Below, piece after piece: positions 54,138 to 64,000 of a DNA stretch of 64,000 nt (position 1 is the stretch's first letter; every line of letters begins with the position of its first letter). The DNA is taken from NCBI RefSeq assembly GCF_006345805.1, contig NC_042997.1:129828001-129892000 (forward strand). The letters run 5' to 3'. The position numbers and the translations under genes are program-made. The stretch comes from Octopus sinensis (Eukaryota). The notes under the pieces were generated by a model. It ran no database searches and was not told the DNA's origin. It worked only from the letters and a program-made list of their open reading frames with translations.

Positions 54138-54223
54138 ATCCAAAAGGGAAACAAAAAAACAACAACAACAGGAACAATTACAGTATTATTATTAATAGGC
54201 GCTCAGGAGATGGAAGCAGGGAG

Positions 54224-54258
54224 GTATGACGTTTCGAGCGGAGCTCTTCGTCGGAAAC
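54224..54258 (-). ncRNA. Minimal HHR motif, family B (element ~54130-54990)
   Basis: Minus strand reads GTTT CCGACGA A GAGC TCC GCTC GAAA CG TC ATAC. The site is GUC and the core has U4C. A further partial family B copy without the HHR lies at ~58090-58180. Confidence 0.6.
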
Positions 54259-55640
54259 ATAAAGAAGGAAGAGAGAGGAAAGAAAGATCCCAGAGCGGGC
54301 AACAGGGAAAGAGAAAAAAGACGACTGGTGTTTACGAGTTGCACATGGTGAAAGGCGGATGTTGACGATAACAAGAGCAAAGTGGGTTTTTAAAGGCAAA
54401 AGAGTGGAGACAAGGTTGGTAACCCAACAGATGTGTGTGTATGTGTGAATGTGTGCGTGTGCGTGTGTGTATGTGTGAATGTGTGCGTGTGCGTGTGTGT
54501 ATGTGTGTGTGTGAGGCGAGATGAAAAAACAAAAAAATAGGTGTGTGTTAGTGTGTGCGTCTGTGTGTAGGCGTGTGAGGTAGGGCGAGACTAGTGGTCA
54601 GCTAGCAGACAAGGTAGTAGTAAGAAAAAGAAGGAAGGAGGAAGGGAGGTCAGTAGTAAGAAAAAGAAGGAAGGAGGAAGGGAGGGAGGGGAAGGGGTGG
54701 GGGCGTATGTAGCGTGCCAGCGTGTGTTGAGTAGTAGTGTGTGTGTGTGTCCAGTGTCGTGGTGGTATTAATGGCGAGTAGATTGAATGTGTGTAAGAGT
54801 GATGTATATATATAGGCAATGTGTGTATATGTGTGCGCGTGTGTGTAACGAAAAGGGGGGGGGGGTTAAGGAAAAAGGACTCCAGCTGAGGGGGAGATGG
54901 AAGAGTGGTACCGCGGAGACAGGCGTGGGAAAACCCAACGACACGCGATATAAAGATGAACAAAAAAAGTACTCTATCTGGTGAGAGATGAATATATATC
55001 ATCATCATCATAATCATCATTTAATGTCTGTTTTCCATGCTAGCATGAGTTGGAGTTGGCAAACCCAAAAAAACTGCACAAAGCTCTATTGTCTGGTTTG
55101 ACATGGTTTATATGGATATATATTCTCCCACTCCCTCTCTCTCTCTTTTTCCTGCACTTCACTCAGGTTGGATAACCATGTATTTCCTCTGTAGTAGTGC
55201 ACCTGTTCTCTCTTCATTCCTGATCTCACTCTCTCTCTCTCTCTCTCTCATTCTCTCTTTGGCCAGGTAACCTTGTACTTCCTCTGCAGCAAGACACCCA
55301 TTTCTGTCTCTCTGTCTCACTAAAACCTTCATCCAACACAAGATCACTTCCTCCAATGCCCCTCCCCACTTGAAAGTTTTTTTGTGTTGCAAGTTACTCA
55401 GTGACCCTGTCAGTGATGGTGCCACTTAAAAGTACCCAGTCCACACTGTAAAGTGGTTGGTGTTCAGAAAGGCATCCAGCTGTAAAAACCTTGGCAAAAC
55501 TGACCTTGCCTGTGCTTGTGCCATGCAAAAAGCACTATGTCCTCTCTGTTGAGTGGTTGGTGTTAGGAAGGGCAAAACGGTCCTGAAGTCTGGTGCAGGC
55601 TTCTTCCTGGTTGGCTCTTGTGAAACCATCCCACCATATT

Positions 55641-55674
<34 letters not shown>

Positions 55675-56049
55675 GGAAATTATCAATCATCATCATCTCA
55701 TCATCATCATCATCATTTAATGTCCATTTTCCATGCTGGCATGAGTTGGATGGTTTGACAAGAGCTGGCTAGCTGAAGTGCTGCCTTGGCTGCATGTCTG
55801 TTTTGGTATGGTTTCTACAGCTGGATGTCCTTCCTAACACCAACTGCTTTACAAAATGTACTGGGTGCTTTTATGCAGCACTGGCATGGGTGCTTGTATG
55901 TGGCACCAGCAGCCATGAGCCTGCAAGGTAAGGAATGCACAGCTGGAGAGGGATTCAGGGGACCTGCCTGTATGCAAAGACAACCATGATTTTACTTAGC
56001 TTGATGTGTCTTCCCAAGTGTGACAAACTGCCAGGAGTCTCAGTCCCCT

Positions 56050-56800
56050 CTCACCCACTCTGAGAGTCTCAATCTCTGAAGATCCTATCTCACCACTTTG
56101 TCCTATATCTTTCTGGGACTACCCCTTCCACATGCTCTCTCCAGAATTAGAGATCGGCACCTTTTGATGCAATTGTCCTCATTCATACACATTACACATC
56201 ATACACATTACACATCATACACATCAAAATAAATATTAAATGGAAATTGTAGTTGTGATACCTGTGCTGGTGGCACATAAAAAGCACCATCCGAACGTGG
56301 CTGATGCCAGCGCCGCCTTGACTGGCTTTTGTGTAGGTGGCACGTAAAAAGCACCAACCAATCATGGCCGCTTCCAGCCTCCCCTGGCACCTGTGCCAGT
56401 GGCACATAAAAAGCACCCACTACACTCACGGAGTGGTTGGTGTTAAGAAGGGCACCCAGCTGTAGAAACACTGCCAGATCAGACTGGAGCCTGGTGCAGC
56501 CCCCTGGCTTCCCAGACCCTAGTCGAACCGTCCAACCTGTGCTAGCGCGGAAGACAGACGTTAAATGATGATGATGATGATGATTACATGACTATACAAA
56601 TGCAGCCTTCTTTCTTGCACACTACATCTGATACCTTTTATACCCAGTTTTTCTCTCAAATCATTTACACTCTGTCATATATGCACACTGACATTACCCA
56701 TCCAGTGAAGCATACTGGCTGCATTTCTTTCAAGTCTTCAGATATCCTCAGCAGTCACAGCCCATGTCTTATTGCTATGTAGCACAGCTGTTCATACACA
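56050..56800 (-). mobile_element. Decayed RTE RT fragment interrupted by a plus-strand RTE 3' UTR copy (56230-56585)
   Basis: Reverse-complement similarity to 29910-30250 (GCTACAT.G.A.T, TGGATG.GTAATGTCAGTGTGCAT, GTGCAAGAAAGAAGGCTGCA). Confidence 0.7.
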
Positions 56801-58184
56801 GGCATACATACATACATACATGCACGTGTACACACATATGCGCATGCACACACACACACTCACATACACACACACATACACAGTATATAGACATTGGTGT
56901 TGTGAAGAGAGAAGAGTTGCATGCATGGCCAACTGTCAGTTTTCACCCAAAAGATCTTGTTCAGGCCTGCACATACATATGTAGATTTATGGTTAAATGT
57001 GATTGATGGAAGCTCGACATATGCTACAATGCACCACAGAATAAACTTATAAATTTCAACCAACACTGTTTATGTAAATTAATTAAACTTAGCTAAATAC
57101 GCTGAACAGTCATAAACAACTAATGATATATATATATCACAGAAGACAAGGGAAAAAGAGAACCTGGACTAAACTCAACCTTCATTTTAAAATTGGATAT
57201 GTCAAATTACATAAGTGACCTGATAAACCTGGTACAAGTTACGTATCTGTTGCTCTGTGTACATCGAACCATTGCTAAGTTGAGAACTTTACTGCACACT
57301 TCCGCATGCAGTGATGAATCATATGAAGTGCAGTGTGACAGTCTAGACATGTATTTTCTCCATTATCCAATCAATATCTCTATTCCTGTAGTTGTTGTAT
57401 AGTGTTCATCCTCCCCCAGTTAGCTCTGATTGAGTGAGCCTTTGAGTGAAGATATGTGGTCACCCCTGTCCATTTTGAAGACAATCGAAGGGAATTTGAG
57501 GGAGGGAAATTTGGCTGCTATCTCTGGCAAGTTTGAGCAATTGCAAAATACTTTCTCTCATTCTGGTAGTGGTCAGTGGATATGAGCAGAAGGAATTTGG
57601 ACAAAGTGCAGTTTCTGTTCCTTTGTATTTATTATTGGTGCTATCATTTTGAGAGGGCTGAAGATTTCCTCCAAATTATATAATTGATAAATATAGACTA
57701 ACAAACAAAAAAAAAGAACTGAAGACTTGTTGCTATCATTAAATAAACATTTCTTGTATAACATTTAGAATATAGACAAGCATGTACCGCTGCTGCTACT
57801 GCTGCTGTTGTTGTTGATGATATTGTTATAGCTGCCACAGTGCTGCTTCTAATGACAATAATGATGATAATGATGATTATGGTGATGCTTATGCAGCAAC
57901 AACCTGAACAACATCAACGATAGGAATAACAACTACAAGAACAGCAATCAGAAAACAACAACATATACATAAACAGGTGCACAAATACACATACACAGAC
58001 ACTCACTCTCATATACATACAACATGTACATACACCCATACATACACACACATTTATATATATATATATATATAATATATATATATTCCTTCTTCCCTTC
58101 TTTCCTGAGCGTCCAATAATACTTTATTTGTTCCACGTCCTTGCGTTGTTGTTTTTTTGTTTTCTTGTTTGGATTAACTTTATA

Positions 58185-58227
<43 letters not shown>

Positions 58228-58317
58228 TATATATACATATATATATGTACATATATATATATATATGTACATATATATATGTACATATGTGTATATATAT
58301 ATATATTATATATATAT

Positions 58318-58397
<80 letters not shown>

Positions 58398-59004
58398 TGC
58401 AAGGAATTGATGTTGTTGTGCCGATCTGATTAGATAATATTTTCCAATATAAACAGTCTATCTGATAGAACATATGCTAGTTCTAACTACATTGAAGCTA
58501 ATGAAATCCATGCAAGGTGAAATCATTATCCTTTAATTCAGAGGTGGCAAAACATTTTAGTTCTGTGGGTGAACAGTAAGTCCATAAGAAAATGGGGGGG
58601 GGGGTGCAGCTATGCTGAGCAAAATATTGAATCTTGCAACTTCATAGGTGTGTATATAATCACACAAATAGACGTTTATTAGAATGCTCAAATGCATTAA
58701 TTAACTAGATAGTTAGAGTGATTTAATTACCTTGAATGCCACTGATTACTGTTTTAAATTTAATAAAACTCCTTATTGAGGTTGTTTGAGGCTGAGTTGG
58801 AAAGTTCAGAGATGTTAGATGGGATTGATAATTCAGTAGTTCTATGTTGGTTTGCGAAATTATTATCTGTGAGTCTAGCATCGATATTGAGAAAGATTGT
58901 TCTTATCAGTAAGTGACAGAAGGCGATGATGCAATTCTCAATGCATGATTCCTCAACAGTGAATATTTTTCAGTATCATCATCATCATCATCATCATTAT
59001 CATT

Positions 59005-59445
59005 GAAGATGGTGAGCAGGCATAATCATTAGCATGCTGGGAAAAATGCTTAGCGGCATTTCGTCCATCTTTACATTCTGAGTTCAAATTCTGCTGAAGT
59101 CGACTTTGCCTTTCATCCCTTCAGGATCAATAAAAAATGTACTAGCTGACTGCTGGAGTCAATGTAATTGACCTACTTCCTCCCTTGGACTTGCTGGCCT
59201 TGTGCCAAAATTTGAACCCATTAATATTATTATCATTAAGGCAGGGAGCTGGCAGATTCATTAACACACCGGACAAATTACTTAGCAGCATTTTGTCTGA
59301 TATTAGATTCTGAGTTCAAATTTTGTCAAGGTTGACTTTACCATTCATCATTTCAAGGTTAATAAAATAAGTACCAGTTGAACATGGGTCGGTGTTAGTG
59401 ACTAATCCCTCCCCCAATATTTCAGGACTTGTGTCTCTAGTGAAA
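59005..59445 (+). mobile_element. Two tandem SINE family A copies
   Basis: CTGAGTTCAAATT...GACTTT.CC.TTCATC occurs twice. Confidence 0.75.
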
Positions 59446-60759
59446 AAGATTATTATTATAATCATTGTTTTAACATCCACTTTTCCATGCTCACTCAGGC
59501 TGAACAAAATTTACTGAGGTGGGTTTTCTATGGCTGGATGCCCTTCCTACTACCAAGCTTCACATTCTTCCAAGTAAGGTAATGTTTCCTCATAACTAGA
59601 TATGTCGCCATTAAAAATTAGAAATGAAGGACACCATTTGCATAAAAGTGTCACTTGCTTACAACTATCACTTGATATCATGACTAGGAGACAGTAACAC
59701 AAACATACATACATATAGATACACACACACAATCATCTCTCTCTATCACTACACACACATCGGCACTGACTACTTCCCAGACCCACATTTTCACACCTAC
59801 TCATACACACATGCACATGTCAAGATCACCAGCCTTCTTCCACACGCGCATACAAACTTTCTTATACACATGCACGCGCACCTTAGTTTTGGGATCACTA
59901 CTACTTTATTATCTCCCTTTTTCCAGCATCGGTTGTCATGTGATGGGGGAACAAACACAGACACACAAACACACACACATACATATATATATACATACAT
60001 ATATAAGACGGACTTCTTTCAGTTCCGTCTACCAAACCCACTCACAAGGTTTTGATCAGCCCGAGGCTATAGTAGAAGACATTTGCCCAAGGTGCCATGC
60101 AGTGGGAATGAACCCGGAACTATGAGGCTGGTAAGCAAGCTACTTACCACACAGCCACTCCTGTGCTTAATAACAAAAGGGAAAAAACGAAGACATATAC
60201 AAGCAGTATAATACACAAACCCATATACACACACAGAAGAGACACACATACACATACTTAAGTTGAAATAAGAATAAATAGAAGAGTAGAGATAAATATG
60301 TAAATAAATGAAAAAACTATATAAAGGGCACAGTTACAAGCAGTATAGTAAGCACACCCAAAACACATAGACATGTGTACACACATGTACATGTGCACAC
60401 ACACACACACGTGTGTGCACACAGATAGGGATGCATACACATGCACAGATAAGGATACACATTATAGAAAGACAGAATTGTTTAAACAGAACAGAAAGAG
60501 ACATGTAGGATGAAAGAGTTGCTGAAGAGGTCACAGGTGTGTGACAAAAGACTTCCAGACAGTGGACATAAGGTGAAATATGAACAGTAATAAACAAGTG
60601 AAGAACAAATATATAGTGTGTGTATTTATTTGGTAAAAAAAAGCAAAATGACCATCTCAAAATATAACAATATCTGTTTCAACACATGATTTCACATCAG
60701 GAATCTTGCAAAACAAATACATAAACATATATATATATATATATATATTCACTCACACA

Positions 60760-61150
60760 TGATGGGCTTCTTTCAGTTTCTTATTTCTTTATTGCCCATA
60801 AGGAGCTAAACATAGAGGGGACAAACAAGGACAGACAGAGGGATTAAGTCGATTACATTGACCCCAGTGTGTAACTGGTACTGAATTTATTGACCCCAAA
60901 ACGATGAAAGGCAAAGTCGACCTCGGTGGAATTTGAACTCAGAACATAACAGCAGATGAAATACTGCTAAGCATTTCGCCCGGTGTGCTAACATTTCTGC
61001 CAGCTCGCCGCCTTATTTCAGTTTCTGTCAACCAAATCCATTCGCAAGGCATTGGTTAGCCCAAGCCTATAGTAGAAGATACTTGCCTAAGGTGCCATGC
61101 AGTGTGACTGAACCCAAAACCATGTGGTTGGGAAGTAATCTTCCAACCGC
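60760..61150 (-). mobile_element. SINE family A (60781-61015) nested in SINE family B
   Basis: A 10-bp TSD TTTCAGTTTC at 60771-60780 and 61016-61025, taken from family B sequence. Confidence 0.85.
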
Positions 61151-61865
61151 ACATGATTTATAAAATTCTGAAATAAATCATCCATTAAATTTAGATATCA
61201 AGGTGTTATGCAGTTTCTGTACCATACAGTAGTGCTTTTACAGTTCAGTTATGAAAATTTGCAATATTGAATCAAAGTCTATTATTGGCAAAAAGTGAAG
61301 TGATTTGGCATTTGTAATTTCACTCTTTGATTCTTATATGGCTAGTGATATTAACCAAAAATTCTAAATAATGCAATCTCACAACTCTTTTTGGTCCTCT
61401 AATTCCATCTACAAAAATCTTTTCTTCATCTTTCAGCTCATAAAATGCTTCAACATGCAGCCTTTGTTTAGACACAGAACCCTGACAGTGGAGCAAGAAC
61501 TTGTTATGATTCACTTCAAGGTTCTACGAAATTTCTTTGAACTCTCTGCTGTTCAGTTCCTTTTTATTATTAATTTAATACATTTTGCTGCCGCTTTCAT
61601 CACATTGTTAATTCTTAGAGACTATGTGTATAAATTTCACATCCATTTTTTTTTTCATGCCATCCTAAGTGGGATGGTTTATTTGTTGGAGAAATTGATT
61701 TTACAGTTGAATGGATGCCTTTCCTACCACTAACCAGTGAACCATGAAGTAGGGGGTGGAATCTGTTGTTTGATTGTGGCAGGCAATCTGGAACAAGGAG
61801 AGAGTAAAGACTGATACAGATACAAATAGAGATAAAGAGAATATGTGTGTGAGAAGGAGAAGGGA

Positions 61866-61896
<31 letters not shown>

Positions 61897-62590
61897 AGAA
61901 GCTGTAATGAGAGACACCACTTGATAGAGAGGAAGAGGGAAAAAAAGAGACAGACATGCTACTGTCAAAGAAAGGGAAGAAAAATGAAAGGACATTCGTT
62001 GCTGCAGAGAGATAGATACACTCAGCAGATGACACATTGCATCATATGACCAAATGTCAAGTACAGCAGACATGACCAAGTGAAGAAAACACTTTTATTT
62101 TGTTTATTTATCTATTACTTATGTCTTTTTATAAAGCCTTATTTATAATATTACTTTTACTGTTATATCATTAAAACAATTTAAAGAAAATATCAGAGGA
62201 AGGAAAACTACACAGGTTGGGTCATTGTTGACAGGGAATATTTATTGGCTCCTTAAATTATCATAAAGAAGCTTCATAGAAAGGATAGTGGAATGGTTAG
62301 ATGTTAATAGAGGCATGGTGAAATGGCAGATGCTGAATAGTGCTGGAAATCAAATTGAAGATCAGGTGTGCTGGTGCTGGTGTTGTTCGAAACACTGGTC
62401 TCTCAGTGTGTTCTTTGGACTAACACAACAGCTCTACAACAGTCCAACGATATTCAGGGGAGACACACCACTCTTCTGACATTGTATTGTATTAGTGATA
62501 CACACACATACATCTCCACACACATACATAAACATGCACAAGCATACATACATCCACATAATCTATGTATATATGTATGTTATGTATGTA

Positions 62591-62960
62591 CACTGGCCAA
62601 AATAAGTTTAAGACCAATGATGGCAGTTCTAGTCCTTCATTAATTTATTTTTAACAAAACTGTATAAAATTATTTTTCTTTTTACAGTTTATGTAGAATC
62701 TTTTTCTCTTTCAAATGATATAGGCATTATATATCTTTTTACAATCTAAATAATTTTAATGAGCAATTAATTCAAATGATTAAAAATTGTCAGCAAAACA
62801 AGTCTAAGACCGTACCAACATTATTTTGTTTAAACTGAAAATTTATGGCACAAATGATCAACAAACAAAATTTATTATTAGTATCTAGTTCCATAGCTGC
62901 TATTTTCAATTATGGCCTTTCAACGGCGGGACATGGTGTTTGATGAATGAGCACAAAAAT
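62591..62960 (-). mobile_element. End of an IR/DR-type Tc1 transposon
   Basis: Outer DR TA-CACTGGCCAAAATAAGTTTAAGACC and inner DR AAAACAAGTCTAAGACC at ~62795. A minus-strand C-terminal peptide reads MSRR..AIIENSSYGTRY*. Confidence 0.65.
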
Positions 62961-63059
62961 TACTTAGAATGTTCTGCCATATTTCTTCAATAAAATTATA
63001 TAACTTTGTTGGTTTTTTAGCATGAACTCGTTAAGAAACAATTTAGAGTGAAGGATAGA

Positions 63060-63745
63060 TAGTATGATTCTTGTGTTAGGACTGTGATGCTGCATAGTAG
63101 TGAGATGCTGGCCTTGAATGTGGAGGCTAGAAAGAAACAAGGCTCTAAATGGATGTGTAATGTTAGTGTGCATGAATGCCAGAGTACAAATGTACTAAGA
63201 GAAAAACTGAGTGTAAGAGGAATCAGGTGTTGTGTACAAACGAGAAGGCTGCATTGATATGGGCATGCAAGGCATATGAAAGATGACTGGAAGCATGAGA
63301 AGCTTGAGAGGCGGTTGGATGGAACTTACACTCGCCTCCTTATGAGAGCTCAAAATCTCTTGTGGAAGCGTCATCCAACCAAAGTACAAATATATGGGAA
63401 ATTACCACCTGTATCATCTCTTGTGAAAAGTAGAAGAGTCCAGTTTGCTGGACATTGTTGTAGAGCTGAAAACGAGGTAATTTCTACTCTTCTCCTCAGG
63501 AAGCCATCTGCTCATGATACCAGAGGGTGCACACTCTCCTACCCAGATGTAATCTCCAGGGATACAGGCATCCAGCAACAGGACCTCCATAATACTATGA
63601 AGGACTGTGAGGTCTGGCGTAACATAGTAAATTCCATTGTCTCGACCACAGTCGAACAATGATGATGATGAAGGAAGAACTGTGCACTCCAAGTTGGTGG
63701 AAGCCATGGAAGAAAGAGACTTAGAAAGACATGAAATGAAATGGT
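63060..63745 (+). mobile_element. Decayed RTE fragment with the nested 3' end of a second LINE (RTE-X-like, ~63290-63672)
   Basis: The flanks resemble 30000-30220. The insert encodes LDGTYTRLLMRAQNLLWKRHPTK..IYG..RRVQFAGHCCR and ends in (TGA)n. Confidence 0.7.
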
Positions 63746-64000
63746 ACAGACACTGCAATATTTCTACCCTGCCAGGCTTACTGTTATTGCTCCATCACTC
63801 AACAGCATTGACACTCTGTTTCATTTACTTAGTATTTACCCTCCCTTTTGTCTATCTCCTTAACATTTATAGCACTCCATCTTTCCATTCCCCACCTGGT
63901 CTGATTACACCATTCTCATCACTCTGCTCACTTGTCTTTCAGTAGATCTATACAGAGGAAACTGTGTTAGGCCAGCATCATCTCCTTATCCAGTACACTC

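Noticed and set aside
58440-58970. Possible third PLE relic (VYIG on the minus strand)
   Set aside because: Only a 4-residue match, which is insufficient support.

Overview
This is AT-rich, microsatellite-dense eukaryotic DNA. The SINE/LINE families and the G-protein sequence suggest a coleoid cephalopod, probably Octopus; that is inference. The only host gene I can support is the 5' end of a G protein alpha-o subunit gene on the minus strand. Coding exon 1 is at 23058-22941 (118 nt) and exon 2 at 22529-22487 (43 nt), both with canonical GT-AG sites, and a putative promoter or non-coding exon lies near 25.9 kb. I did not find exon 3 by eye, so positions 1-22486 are probably intron 2. The rest is transposon debris: tRNA-derived SINEs, RTE/CR1 LINE pieces, Tc1/mariner (DD37D, DD36E), Helitrons and Penelope-like (PLE) GIY-YIG relics. 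The most notable hidden signal is about 15 minimal type I hammerhead ribozyme (HHR) motifs from 8-9 unrelated sequence families. Most sit next to (TA)n tracts, and many lie in head-to-head foldbacks with 3' ends pointing outward. One carries a compensatory G3-C8 catalytic-core swap and one family has an A6U core. Nearly all ORFs in the supplied track are microsatellite or repeat artefacts. All alignments and folds were done by eye, and repeat boundaries are approximate unless TIRs or TSDs are quoted.
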